Below are positions 12,770-26,887 of a stretch of 64,000 nucleotides of DNA, one piece after another. Below the pieces are notes generated by a model that had not been told where the DNA came from, ran no database searches, and saw only the letters and a list, made by a program, of their open reading frames with translations. The first letter of the stretch is position 1, and the number at the start of each line of letters is the position of its first letter. The DNA is from Saccostrea cucullata. Its lineage: Eukaryota. The DNA lies in NCBI RefSeq assembly GCF_032062105.1, contig NW_026936630.1, forward strand, positions 1 through 64,000, written 5' to 3'. The translations under genes and the position numbers were made by a program.

Positions 12770-14380
12770 TTAAGTCAAATGCTGACTAACGTTTTTTCAT
12801 ACCTATTGTTAGGCCTTATATACACACTGAATTGACGACGACCATATTTCTGTTATTTCCTGATCATGACAAGGAACACACAGCGGGTATGATTGGGCGG
12901 AGGGGGGGCTCACGCCTCCATGGCACCTGATCTTACCCCCAGGTGTCCTGTTTGATACCTCCTATTTTGCATTGTTTAATGGACTATTGAGCTTGAATGC
13001 TGTTCGTTATCTTCATATATTTGATTCCAGAATACCTTTTATGAAGAACGAGAGTGAACCTTATCATGGTAAATTTTGTTGATGACCAATCACAAGAAAA
13101 TAAAATTTCCGACCCCCATTTTAATTAAAGCAGCGGTTGTTTATAAGTTCAAAAAGTCTTTATTTTAATTATCGTTAGAAACAGATGTATAAGTGTAGAA
13201 AAATAGTACGTTTTGATGTTACCAATTTTAAATAAAGTTTTTTTTCATTCAATTTCAAATTTCAATATAGGTAGGGAATTTTTACAAAAATGCACTGTGC
13301 TTCAGTATCAGTATGATTCTACACAATATTTAGCCTTAGATATAGAAAATCTGGCAAAGGATACCGGAGTTCCCTTTTAACAAGTGTATGACAGCATTTG
13401 ATATTTGAGATGAATACTTTGTTTAATTAATGCTTAAGAATCCAAAAATAAAAAATTTGATATCAGAAGATTTTACCAAATTTGGTAGCTTTAAAACGTA
13501 TGTAACTTTTTCACTTTTATATCCACCCCTTCCCACAATAAATAAAAGCCAGGATTTTGAGTAAAAAAATAGTCATTGCTTCAATTGAAACGGAAAGTCT
13601 AGGTTTGTAAATCTTGTCAATGGTCACCAACAAGCTTATTTTGTCCAAAAAAATCCATTGTGACTCTACTTTAATGGTTGATATAAAAACCTCCCCGGGG
13701 TCCCAAATCAACACGTTGCCGTTTGACCCCTGGTATATTTCTTTCAATATCTGTGGGCTTGCTTCTCTCATTAGAAGCACCAAAGAAATTAAAGCTTTCA
13801 AACAATAGTCAGATAAGGATTCAGCTGACATCTCAAATGCATGTGTTACAAGTTGTTTATCACAGAATGGCTTAATCTGATTGGTTGAGGATAAGAAAAA
13901 CAATCATGTTTTACAATTTTTCCTAAAGACGTCGCTACCAGCCCACAGATATTGAATAAAATATGCCATGGGTCAAACGGCAACGTGTTGACTCAGGACC
14001 ACTGGCTTGCGAGGATGATAAAGCAGATTCTTGAGCTTGTCATAAACAATTTATATGTACATTGTTATCCAGAAACAAGAATACCAACATTCTCGTTAAA
14101 TGTCATCATTTCTCAAGTTCTATGGTCAATGTAATGACCTCCAGCAAATGCAATCTTTTATGAAGTATAAGGCTGATTGAGTTTTTATATAATTATATTA
14201 GGCCATTATTTACAAAATGAATTGTTTTTTGTTTACCAGGTATGGGAAAGGGTAGATGACAGGTGTGAAAATTCAACAAAGGTGACCACTCCTCTCTGAC
14301 ACCTATCTTATGAACGTGTTTGCACTGCTTTCTCTGGCACCTATTCACCTTGTTTTCAGATGAATGTGTTTTCTCTGCTT
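12770..14380 (+). repeat. Direct duplicate of 6440-7122 joined to 10923-11880
   Basis: Long collinear matches, e.g. CAGAATACCTTTTATGAAGAACGAGAGTG and AACAATAGTCAGATAAGGATTCAGCTGACATCTCAAATGCATG occur in both copies. Confidence 0.85.
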
Positions 14381-14663
14381 TCATTTTGTATTGTTTAATA
14401 ATATTTTTTAGTATCGCTAACTGTTTGTTGTCTACCTATCATTCAGTCCTCCAGAGGGTCCAAATTGGTAATGTATTAGTATATATTGAGAATATAGTAT
14501 TATTTTGTATATAATATCGCATATTTGATGGATATCCAGCAAGTAAACTGTTTGCATCAAGAATTAAAAAGGCTCAAGGGGGGGAAATAATTTGGTCTTT
14601 TTTTTTTTTTTTTTTTGAGGTTTCATTTTCCGTATTGAAAATTTGTTATTCCTTGACATTTTA

Positions 14664-15186
14664 ATTAAGGAAAACTTAACTTGGCCATATTATTTAAATT
14701 TGGTTTCCCGTTTACGCTTTATAATCCGCGAACGGATTATAAAAAAACGTAAACTACCCAAACCAGATTAACTCGATAATATGGCCAAGAATTAAAGTCA
14801 TTCCTTATAATTTAATTTTAAAATAATTAAAAACTTTTGATGTAAAATTGTGTCGCTTTTTATCAGTTCAAATTTACCGCGCAATAATACAGTCGTAGTA
14901 ACGGAAGTATTTGAAGCGAGGGGGGGGGAATAAAAACATAGATCTAGCAGCCATGATGTTTGTTTACATGAGGTAAGAACGAGTAATTGTTTAAAGTTGA
15001 AGGTAATTTATTAAATCTGAAATTTTCCATGGGTTTCGAGGACTGGAAATAGGGGATTGCATGGATATAATGATTAAGCTGGTCGTCAAGGGGGGGTTCC
15101 CCATACCAAACCAAAATACAAAATGTTTTGCGTTCCTTTTTGGAAATCAACCAATGGGGGCAGAATACAAACAAAATTAAATTATA
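14664..15186. mobile_element. Non-autonomous element with a terminal palindrome and short internal/terminal inverted repeat (Crypton-like architecture, tentative)
   Basis: Imperfect hairpin centred on ATAATCCGCGAACGGATTAT, followed by TATAATTTAATTT, which is inverted at the far end as AAATTAAATTATA. Confidence 0.45.
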
Positions 15187-16244
15187 GACAAATAAATGAT
15201 AGCAATCAGTTAATCAGTTAAGAAAGCCTCTACAAAACTTATATATACAGTTAGGACTGAGGTTCTAGTATGGATTAACTTAACAATTCAATTTCACTGA
15301 AAATTGTCAAGTTTATCTAAAAAATTTCTTTATCATGAGTAAATAGGCGACAAGCTTAATAAATGTGATAATGAAAAAAAGATCCTCATGTCGGGCATAG
15401 TTGGTCATTACCTGAGAAACTCTTCTGCTTAACGTATTGTAATAAGTACTTAAGTGGCCTTTGATTGCCAGTTTGATTCAGAAGTTCGGCACAATAACAG
15501 GTCATTTATGGATGAATAAAAATCGACAAACATTTTGCACTGAGTAAACATGAAGCATTTCCTAGTTGGGGTTCAGGTGGGGTGTGGACTTAGGATTTCC
15601 GTTGTTTCAGCGATCTCAGCACCTTCGTAATAACGCCAAAATTACATCCTCGCTAGAATTTGCTTTTAAATGTTAATACTTTATTCGTTACTTTGATTAA
15701 AAGTTACCAAGGCTTATTAGGTTAAAATCTTTTCAACAACCTCATTTAAAGCCACCATTTGTACATTCTATGGCTTTATAAAGATCTTGTTAGCAAACAT
15801 AACCTATCATTTGGTCTTGTTTTGCTGTCGTAGTTCAAATCAATTATCATGCCTTTGTTTTATTCCCAATTTGATTACAGGCTGTCCGTCTACCTACCAA
15901 TACATATGATTGATATCGAATGTGACCAGGGGATGCTTACCCTGCTACAACCTATCCAACGTCTGTTATTCTAAGGGTCTATGTTTTTCCCGTTCAAGAT
16001 TTTTATTGATAAGTATGTAATTTTTTTTAGTTTGGTGATTACTTTTCATCATTTTAATCTTTTCACTGGGTTTTGTAAGTGTTATGCGTTATAGTGATCA
16101 GGTTAAAAATGAATGAGGGGCTGTTATACAAAAGAAATTACGACTAAGACCAAAAATTTTGCTTGTTTTAAAAATTAATAATTTTGTCTAAATTTTCAAG
16201 CTTAAAATATCTTTAAACATTATTTTAAAAAAAAATAAAATGAA

Positions 16245-16790
16245 GGAAATAACGAACAGTATTCAATATCAAAGTCCATAAAATAGTACAAAATAGGAGC
16301 AGAGCAAAAACAGACTCCCAACACATCAGAGGTGGGATCAGGTGCCATGGAAGAGTAATTCCCCCCACCGGTCACACCCGCCGTGTGCTCCTTGTCATGA
16401 TCGGGAAATAACGGAAAAATCCGTCTTCAATTCAGTGTTTAAATAATGGACTAACAATAAGTATGAAAAACGTCAGTCAGCATTTGACTCAATGATAAAT
16501 CGTATTTGCTGACAAGGTCATTGTATCGACCATAGAACTTATGAAATGATGACTTTAAACGAGACTGCTGATATTCTTGTTTCATCAACTTGTTTGTCAA
16601 TAATTAACCTCGTTTTAGAAATTGTACAAAATGTAGAGCATGCTCTTGCGTATCGAATGCACTGAGATATATAAACTCCATATGCAGGTGATGAAGGTAT
16701 ATTGCTGCATAATTAAGGGAAGTTGACGATAGAAAAGTAAAATTCATCACGTTTATCATAGAGCTTGGTTGTTAGATTACCATTAGCGTC
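16245..16790 (-). mobile_element. Penelope-like retroelement 3' fragment
   Basis: Minus strand reads YDKRDEFYFSIVNFP*LCSNIPSSPAYGVYISQCIRYARACS, followed by the conserved 3' motif. Confidence 0.8.
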
Positions 16791-19700
16791 TTTTTCATTT
16801 TTTTTAATTTAAATAAATAGGAAAATTATAACAAATTACATTTTTTGTTTTTGTGTAAAAAAATATTTATTTGTAAATGGGGCCCCCGAATTCTAAATAT
16901 TTACAAAAATTACACATAACTGTTAATTTATAGGCTATCTACAGCTTTTTTAAAGCGGCTAAAAAGAAACTTGTTGCCTCTTGCTAATTATCAGAGGAGT
17001 AGATGGATATCATTTTATCTAGAACATTTAATAAAAGATTAAACGAGTGAGTCCAGAATTCAATTCATAATTAATTTACTTTGTGACATTTAATTAAAGC
17101 TCTATTTGTGTTAGTTCTTCGATTTTCGGTATTTTAAGGAAATTTAAGGGGGGTTTTATAAATAAATTCTTTTCTTAAATAAAAAAAAAAAACAAGAAAC
17201 AGTGGTTTACTGTTACATTGCCTTTAAAAACCATATCTTAGTGTCTATAAAGTACAAAACGTCAGATACAACCAAATCCATAAAACCGGTATTCTCCTTT
17301 CTCAGTTGCACAAAAAATAAATTAATTTTAAGACCTTTGCGTCCAAAAAAAAAAAAAAAAAAAAAAACAGATTTCCGACTTTTTTTGGGAAAAAGCATTT
17401 GGGCTTGAATACCAAAAAAAAAAAGCAAAAACAAAACCATTGTATAAAAAAGTAACAATACAACTAAAAAACTCTGTTTATTCATAAATTAGAGGGGATG
17501 GGAAAGGGTTTAAGAATACAAAAGTTTATATAATTTGCATTAAAAAGAAATAAGACAATCATGCATGCATTTGACAATGGAATCTTGCGAAGGAAATTTA
17601 TGTGGTTGAAGTGCTGTTACATTATTGTAGTTACCTTTGTTCACATTTTCAGTTATTTAGCTGGAAAGGCATAAAGAAACTATGAAATAATTCATAGAAA
17701 TATGTTCTAAAGAACTTTAGATTTAACCATATCTTAAAATTGTTCCACTATTAGGACTATCATTCGTTCCTGACCTTATCCCTTGAATTTGCCTTACATC
17801 GTGTGGAACGAAGGGCATTGGGTTTCCAAAATACTTTCCTTTTTTCTTACAGACATAAAAGAGGGAAGATAAACCCCGTCCTGATTTTCGGGGACATTCG
17901 TTCAGATATTCTTAAGATCAAAATGTCAATTTCCGAGGACAGTTGTTCAGTTTCCGTCTCCACGCTTCGTCTTTTAATATCTGACTTAGTACTTTTAGGT
18001 TAGGATCTTGAATTGTGGAAATGAAATTCATGAAAACGATTTTGGGAAAAACTACGTGACCCTGATGTTGCCATGATCGTCGTACAGATTGTGATGGCGA
18101 AACAGAAGACATTTCTGTAGAAATGATCGTGGCATCTGAAAAAAAAAAACAAAAATATTTAAAACAAATAAAATCTCAAATAAGAAAGTTTAATACTAGA
18201 CTAAGTAATAACATAACGGTTAAAACTTTTAACTTTTAAGGACTTTTTTAGGAAACACCATTACCTTTTGAACATTAAAACTCTTATACTAATTTTATAT
18301 ACACTGAATCTTAAAGTACACATGGTTTTTTACTCTTTGTAAAAATATGCCTTACCTATTCTGTACATTTAAACACAAATGTAACTGAGTTTTAATGTTG
18401 TTTGTATTGTATATATGATGACATACAATTTTACTCCTACTTATTAGCTGTGCGTAATATGATAATTTACGTTATGGCAAATGTCCTTAATTAGGGTCCC
18501 CATTCCTCAGATAATTAAGAGAATCTCATTGGATGAATAAAAAGAGTAGTACCCATTGTTGACAGATTATTTGTAAAGACACACCAGTAGAGACCATTAA
18601 TGGAAAGTCCGTCTAATGAATGATATGTCATTGATTGTTTTTTATAAACTATTAGGATCTCAAAAGCAAAACCCTTTTTTTGTTTAGAATTTTTTTTCCA
18701 CTTCTATTTTTTTCTAAACTAAAGGCCCGAACAAAAAACCTTATAATTTATATAACTTTTTTCAATACATATAACTAATGTTGAAAATGGAAAAAGTTAC
18801 TGTGTATTTGTGTTGTATTACCAATCAGATGCTAGAATACATAACATTGTAGATTATGATATTATGTCATATAATTTGAATAGTACTTGAATAAGTTACA
18901 ACATAGTACAGTGACAATATTAATTTTTTAACAAAGTAATTTAAATGGACTTTTCAGTGACTAGATGTCAATTTTATGTATGCTCATGTACAAAAACACG
19001 TGTAACCTGAAAAACAAAGACAGTTTCTATTTGTTCCCAAGTCTTCAAAAAAGATTAATTACTCTTTCCACAATTTGCTTTTTGAAATCTAAAAAAAATG
19101 TGAATAATGGGTGGAAACACCATGTTTAATCATGACACGAAGGCAGGGATTCTAATCATTTCCTGTGACAAGAGCCAGGGAAATTTTCGATTTTTCTTTT
19201 TCTGTCACTAATTAAGATTTATATACCAATTCCTTAACAGTCGCAATTGACTAGCTACACCATAGTTTTTTAAATTTTCCCTTTTTTAAAAATTTTTTGC
19301 TATGTTATAAATATTTGTATTTATTTTTTTGGATAAGACCACATATAGATGCCCAAAAAGCAAAGAAAATAGGGGGTCTGTGGACCTACTAGTTACAATT
19401 AATTTACCCTTTTTTTTACTTATTTTTTTTTTTTCTTTTGTTTAATCACTTTAATCTTTATATATTTCATTTGATGTAACTATGGCGATAAATAAATTTA
19501 TTTTAGTAAAATATTTTTAATAAATTAATATTAAAAAATTGAAAAATGCGCGTAAATTATTGTGTACCTTTTGCACTAAAAAAACAAATTTTATGTATAA
19601 AAAATCTAATGGGCAAAAAATTTTTTTGTATCAAAATTTTTACGATAAAGTGATTATCAGTAACAAGTATCGAGTAGTTTAAAATAATGAAATGTATTCT

Positions 19701-21372
19701 TCTATATGAAATACATATGTACTGAACACTAAGTCTTTGTTATTATTAGAACTTTGATAACGTATGGGTGACAAATCCATGGGGAAACTCAATTTGTTAT
19801 TATAAAAATATGTAACAGTATTTACCGCGGGGCAGAAATTGAAAACTTAAATTCTTTCGCAGCAAACTCTTTTATAATGTTTGAATTGGGTAGTTTTCTC
19901 AAACCTTTCTTCGTGTTAAGTAGTAATCCAATTCATCTTTTTGAGTATGACAGATGGTGTCCTGAAAATGTGCAATAGGGTTTCACATCTTAAAAAGAAA
20001 TTGGACAAAATCTTCCCTCCTCAAACCCCTCTTACCCTCACCTTTTAGAGGATGAAGGAAGATGCGCAGTAAGGTTTTAACCTTTTTTCAGTTATTCAGA
20101 AAAATCATGATCATTGTATGTTATTTTACGTCCCTTTCGAATTTTTCTACTCATATAGAAACGTCACCATATATATAACTATACTCTAAAAGCTGCTTTA
20201 GACTTTACTTGACACTCAGGGCCATTTAGCAATGGGAAATCTTTATTGTGCCAACGACTGTCGTGAAACTAGGCCTAACATAAGTTCAATAAGATCCCTC
20301 ATTTGAAAAAAATACAACTTCAAATTCCAAGGGACGATTGCTTGGCGGAAGTACAAGTCGCTGCCTATATTTTATCGACTTAAAATACCCCATATTCATT
20401 CGACATGATTTACATACCTCAGTATATTTTACTCATATGTAAATTTACTCACTTGTGCAATTTTTGTCGTATGAACGGATTTGCTCATACATGTAAATTC
20501 TGCACAGTTGAGTAAAGTTACACCTGGTCAGGACTAGGTGCAAATTAACTTTTGCATACATGTTGTCGCAAATTATTAGTTCTTGTGTGTAAACTTTGTC
20601 GTATGAACACGTAGCAGATTTACTCAGGTATGTATTTTGTTTTGTTTATTGCATAAATCTCCATTTTAAGTGTTGTTTCGGTTGTTTATGCATTGTAAAG
20701 TGTATAATATCAGTCTGTTAACATGGCGGCTAGAGAGCAAAAGAAAAAAAACTTGATTTTTTATGGTCGTTTTTGTACTTCAAGGACAGCTGAAAGTAAA
20801 TGAGTTTTGATAAGGGTACTGCTTTAAAGGATACGCCAGGTTGTACTAGCATAGTTAGTACTTTCCACAAATGTTTTTTTCAACTCTGAAAACAAGGATC
20901 TACGATATATCTCCAGTCTCCTCTGAGATAAATTTGAATATGCACCCTTTCTGGCCAACCTATGATTATGCCTCTAAGTTATAAAAATATAGCTGTGGTC
21001 GCGCAAACATGTGTCCTGCAGGATCAATAAGTTGTCCCCTTACTATTTAAGTAGTCTTCATGGGAATGCCCCGGAGCTGTGATAGGAATAGGCATTACAT
21101 CAATCGCCCGAGCCCCATTACAGATTGACTTTCTTCTATACCTTTCTTTGTATTTAAACCAAGGCAAGCTGCTGACATATAAATTAATGTTACAGGAATT
21201 TCAACAACACTGTTGAAAATAAGCATTTTTAAGTATTCTCCTTGGCACCTGATCCCGCCATGAATTTATAGGGGATTCCTGTTTATTTCCTTTTATTTTC
21301 ATTCTCCTGGAAAATAAATGTAATATTCAAGCAGATACTTCATAATGAACTCGCAAACGTGGTAAACCTTAG

Positions 21373-23398
21373 ATTTCCAAACACCAAAAACCTATGCTGC
21401 CTACTACTACCGAAGTTATCGTTACTATTACTATAGATACTACTACTACTACTCCTCATACTATTCCTCGTAAGTACTAAAGCTCAGTGACTATCATGAC
21501 CAGTTTGTGTTGTTATTAAAGGGTTTATTTATATTACAAGTTAATCAAAAAACAAGTTTTATGTTTTTGAAATTTTGAAAATACATATTATACCAAGTAT
21601 ATTGCAACATTAATTTTTAATAATTAAGGGAACAATCGTACAATGTTAATGACATATAGGATTTCTTATCAGAATATGTTGGAATGAAATATGTTGTCGT
21701 ACCGATAGACATGATAATAATTCTAAAACATCACCAGATGTCAAATTTATGATGAATAGAATATTTCCCTTTTTTCAGGATAGAGGGATCGAAGGACAAA
21801 ATATAAAAAAAAAGTACATGTACATTTTTTTTCAACATGAATTTAGCAGATTTTTGAAATCATGTATGAAAGGCATACATGTAAGCCTTACAAGTAATAT
21901 TAAAACTGATTATTTGTTCTTTATTTTGTTCTTAATTTTTTTGCATGTAACTTTTCCCCTAAGAAGCGTTAACATATTGGTTTAAGTACTAAGGTCCGCT
22001 CATTGGTCTGTCTTGAAGTCTTTTATTTTCCACCAACAGGGGCGCTGTCATCGGTGGAGCTGTTGCAGGTGTTATCATCTTCTGTATCATCGTAACTGTC
22101 GTTATCATCGTCGTCTGTAAACACGTGAACAGGGGCAGAACTCTTATCCACGGGACCACCGGGGGCACCACGGTGACGACAGTTAGTAATTCCAACACCA
22201 TGTACACCCATCCACAAGGTAAATATTCTTCCACACTTTTTCATGATAAAATTATTGGAAAATTTCGTTTTAGTAGCTGAGTGCATGTACAAGGGATTTT
22301 TCGAGCTAAAATAAGATCAAGTTCACAGATATGAAAATGTACTATCCCCCTATCTTCTTTAACAATATTATACAATTATTTAATGCCTGAGCAGTCAATA
22401 GACCAGAATATTTTTCCCTCGGTGCAGGGAACAGCTCAGTGTGTTCTATTGCCCGAGGCCAGCGGCCGAGGGCAATAGAACACACTGAGCTGTTCCCTGC
22501 ACCGAGGGAAAAATTTTCTGGTCTATTGACTGCTCAGGCATTAAATAATTGTTTTATTACCTAATTTTATTTTCCGTATTAAGTGTTCACAATTGTATAT
22601 TCAGTACAGAAGGTTCCCGTACCATATTGTGAATGTACTGTATTATTAATTAAAGACTGATTGTATAGATATTGTTTACATTCCTCTTGAAAATTTTTCA
22701 CTCTTATGGAGACATCACCATTTCCCGGTGGAGAGGGACCTGTTTCGTGCCAGCAGAGCACCTACTGCTACACGGGACGGTCTCAACGTCCCACAGTGTA
22801 TTATAATTAAAGGAACTCTCATTAAATAAAATACCCTACCATTGAAATCATACAATTTTTAAAACCAATGTCGAAAGATCAAATAAGATGATTGTTTACC
22901 ATGTCTGTGCATTGTTACAAACAACTAAATTCGAAACCCGGATCGTTTTTTTCCGAAATACGTTACCGGTCAATAGAACGCGCGTTCTATTGACCGGTCA
23001 ATAGATCGGTTTGAAAAGATAAGAAAAACTGAAAACACTTACAGAATAGATGAAAATATTAAATCTCTAATAAAACAGCAAAATTCTCTTGATTAGGTAA
23101 TAAAAGATATTGTTATATACAGAACTCAGCTTTTTAATGAGAAAGACTTTCTAATCTTTACGTTATACGCTTCACATTTTTTTAAATTATAGTAACGGCC
23201 GGTTATCCACCTCCGCCACCAAGTTATAGCAGCCCCGGTTACAGCAACCCAGCTTACAGCAACCCCGGGTATCCTCCGCCAACTTACAGCAACCCGGCCT
23301 TTCCACCACAACCGCAACCGGCACCGGGACCTAGCGGCAACGTGTACGGAAGCATGTTTAGCGATCCAGCATCTAACGGTCTCCCACCAAAAGCTTAA
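21373..23398 (+). CDS. Small single-pass membrane protein with Tyr-rich ectodomain and Pro/Tyr-rich PPxY tail (CYYR1/Shisa-like architecture). Exons 21373-21469, 22040-22218, 23193-23398; first exon not located
   Basis: Phase-consistent GT-AG exons give FQTPKTYAAYYYRSYRYYYYRYYYYYSSYYSS-GAVIGGAVAGVIIFCIIVTVVIIVVCKH...-VTAGYPPPPPSYSSPGYSNPAYSNPGYPPPTYSNPAF...PPKA*. Confidence 0.8.
22372..23104. mobile_element. Intronic element with a 181-bp near-perfect terminal palindrome (Crypton-like non-autonomous architecture)
   Basis: Hairpin 22372-22552 centred on GCCCGAGGCCAGCGGCCGAGGGC; TTTATTACCTAAT (about 22554) inverted as ATTAGGTAATAAA (23092-23104); internal palindrome ACCGGTCAATAGAACGCGCGTTCTATTGACCGGT. 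Confidence 0.65.
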
Positions 23399-26300
23399 CA
23401 TTACATGGACTTCTTTTTGCAAACAGCAAATGTCATTTATAGATTGAACAATATACCTTTCAGCAATCAAAGTCTATGTGATACTCATTCAGTCATTGAT
23501 ACATCTGTCGATTTATAATCTATCTTTTTTAATGCTGTGTATATACTTGTACCCGTTTTATAACAAAACTCCGTCCATATTTAGTATTGGCCAGATGTAT
23601 GAACATAAATGCATGAGGTGCTTTTTTTAGAATTCTGCGCAACAGATTTGATCCTGGAGATTTGTCTAATTAGGTGCCACGGTCATTTGCATAAATTAAT
23701 TTATACTTATATCCTGGGAAATGCTATATATGTGTTAGTTCGTTTTCAAAATATTCCACGTTTTTTTTTCTCTAAATGTGCCATGAATCACACAGGATGT
23801 GCACGTTGTATCCTGTCATATCACACTATAAATGTATAATTAGAATAAATGACACAAATTACACGTGACATAATTATACATTGTATCAAGCAGTGCAATG
23901 CACGATATATATATATTTTTTCAATTATTTTTAAAAAAACGTTTTTAGTATTTAATTTTTGTTTTGTTTCTTATGTGTATTCTTTCATTTTGTTTTCTTA
24001 AGAAAATAAAGTTCCTGTTGTATGAAATTGTGTTATATATATTTGTTCTTTAGACTTATTACTCTCGACTCTTAGCTCAAACATTCATCCCCGGTTGTTC
24101 GTTTGCATATATCACAGTGATAAACATGAGAAATAGTGCGTTTGATTCAACTCATTGTAATTCAATATCTATGCAAATGTCTGAGGTTTGAAATAGATAT
24201 TTGCTAAATCAATCCACACCTATTAATTTAATTTGAACCAAATCCTGCAAAAATCACGTTTTATACATTATTTAAATATTTTGACGTGAGCGCAACGCAG
24301 CGGTGTTTGAGAGAGGAACGAAGGACAACTCTGCATGGGAGATTAAAACTATTTTTTTTAATTTTGCGTTTGACATGAAATTATATACCTATTTATTTAT
24401 TTTTAGCTGTAACAATACATGCCATTTGATTGGATAAAAGATTTACTCTATTTCGGATAACATACATGTAAGTTGCTACGTAACAACATGAACACGTCAA
24501 TTACATATTACTCCGCTTGACATTAATTTTGATATATAATTATGCTCAATTTGAAGCCATTTTTAGAGGAAAAATTGTCTTATTGACTACATTGAAATCA
24601 AATTTTAACGAATGATCAGAAGCTTATTTTAACCTACGCCTTACGATATAAAACATAACATGGGACAGTTTAATATGCTTAAAGCGTAATCTACCCCAAG
24701 TTATCACTCGAAGCTCCTCGGACGTCAAACGTGTTCTATCATCTCGCTGATTCAGTCATGTGATCTCATTTGAATTTCGTTCAAATGCTATGCTTTTGAA
24801 ATCCAAGTTACTGTGTTGTAGGCCCAACACTATTTTTTGCTTTCAATAAAAAATAAACCTTTTCTAAGAACTTTTTGTAGAGTATATTTATTATGCAACA
24901 AAACCTTCTACAAAGCATTGTTGATTTAAGGAATGATATGACAACTCTGCTAATTGTGCGGATAATCATTTAAAACATTAATGTGATTCTGCCATTGTTC
25001 TTGTAGTCATAAAATTTGAATGGAGCCGTTGGTTATAATAATAATTACCAGTCCGATAATATATTGACCATCAAGTACGGCAATGATAACAAAATAGACG
25101 GTTTTTTTTAAAAAGCAAAAAGAACAGTGAAAAAATGCTAAATATGTCCAAAAACCAATAAAAATGTTTGAAAAAAAAATTCAGGGAAAACAAACGCAAG
25201 GAAATTTAGTTGCTACAAAATAGCAAATCCATGAAAAAAATGGAGTTAATTTGAACCTCCCTCAAAATTAATACTTTCCACTTTTCAAAGGTTTTTTTTT
25301 TTGATACAGCACTTTGATTACTGAATTTAAATTCATTGTCTGAGAAGGAATTTGCAAATTTCCTAATTTTATAAGGCTTGTTCCCCGATAAAGGCATTTT
25401 TAAAACCTGGGAACTTTAATTATATAAACTTCAAGATGAAAATCCGCATTTTTTACTTTCCATGGTGATGGCAATTATAATATCACTCAAATTATGTCTG
25501 CGTCAATGTAAATTTATGCACATAATAAATTAAAAAAAAATGTTCCAAAATAAAAAAAAATCCTTCACCACTGAACCAATTAATGTCCTGTTTAGCTAAA
25601 CGACTACCATTGAATGAAAGAAATGAAAAAAGAGTTCATTCACTGTTTTTACTGTCTCGTTTCTTTTATCTACTTATCAGACGGGTAGAAAACAATGGAT
25701 TCTTGAATCCCATGTGTAATTATCGGACTCCTCCAGGTAACTTTTGGACATTTAAATGGCAATGTTTTAAGTATGATATATGCCTCATACTTTTCTATAT
25801 GTACATATCCATTACTTATTGTTTATATGGAATGATATGACAAAACTGCCCTTTCTGGTATTTTACAATCATTGATCTTATTTTATGCATAAATGGAATT
25901 TGCTCTCTTATTTCTATGGTTTTTAAGGCTTAAATTTTCAATATTAAGAAGATTCCATATACTTTTTAATATTTTTATGCCAAAAACATTTCTCAAAAAA
26001 TTAAAATTATATTTTTATTTAATCTTATTCATTCTTGTGCATTTGTCATGAAAGACTTTTCCTTCTGGTAAATTTTGATTATTATTTATTTATAAAAGTT
26101 AACTCTCACTTTATGAAATTCATAAAATAAAAAAGATTAATATTACGTACAGCAATTGATCTAAATCCAAAACTACTGACACCAAAAATTTGTTATCATG
26201 GCATAAGATACGGACCCCGAACATTTTAAAGGAAGAGCAGGTGGTTAGTAGGAGAAAGCCTCTCCTGGTGACTGGTTGTGATCTCTTTGTACTGACCGGA

Positions 26301-26399
26301 TAATGGACAACTCCAAAACAGTAAAACAAATCCCTATAAACAAGTCGGCCTAAAACGACCCAATCATAGGTTATTATCCCTAAACTTTTCTGCCATCAA

Positions 26400-26870
26400 C
26401 TTCTCTTGCTTATGCAGCAATATCATCATGACCTGCATACAGAGTTTATATATAGATCATTTAATTCGAATGCTCTATGTATGAACAATTTTTAAAACGA
26501 GGTAAATTAGTGACAAACAAGTTGATGAAACAAGAATATCAGCAGTCTTGTTTAAATTCATCCTTTTGTAATATAGTCGATATAATGGCCTTGTCAGCAA
26601 ATACAATTTATCACTGAGTCAAATGCTGACCGACACTTCTATACTAAATTGTTAGTCCATTGTTTATACACTGAATTCAACACCGACGGGTTTTCCAATA
26701 CTAGTATTTCCCGATCATGACAAGGAGCACGCAGTGGGTGTGATCAGTTGGCAGGGGACGCTCACTCCTCCATGGCCTGATCTCACCCTGTTTTGGAGGC
26801 CCGTGTGTTGCTCTACTCCTATTTTGTATTATTTTATGGATTTTTGATCTTGAATACTGTTTGCTATCTC
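26400..26870 (+). mobile_element. Penelope-like retroelement 3' fragment
   Basis: CSNI..PAY, YEQFLKRGKLVTNKLMKQEYQQSCLNSSF and the conserved 3' motif GGCAGGGGACGCTCACTCCTCCATGG. Confidence 0.7.
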
Positions 26871-26887
26871 AAAAAATTACAATAAAA

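Noticed and set aside
17800-19965. Minus-strand exon-like segments with acceptor-like sites near 18137, 19007 and 19962
   Set aside because: They contain stops and no recognisable protein; no consistent model could be assembled
21989-23470. Minus-strand ORFs 21989-22234, 22023-22292 and 23126-23470
   Set aside because: Antisense shadows of the plus-strand PPxY gene exons
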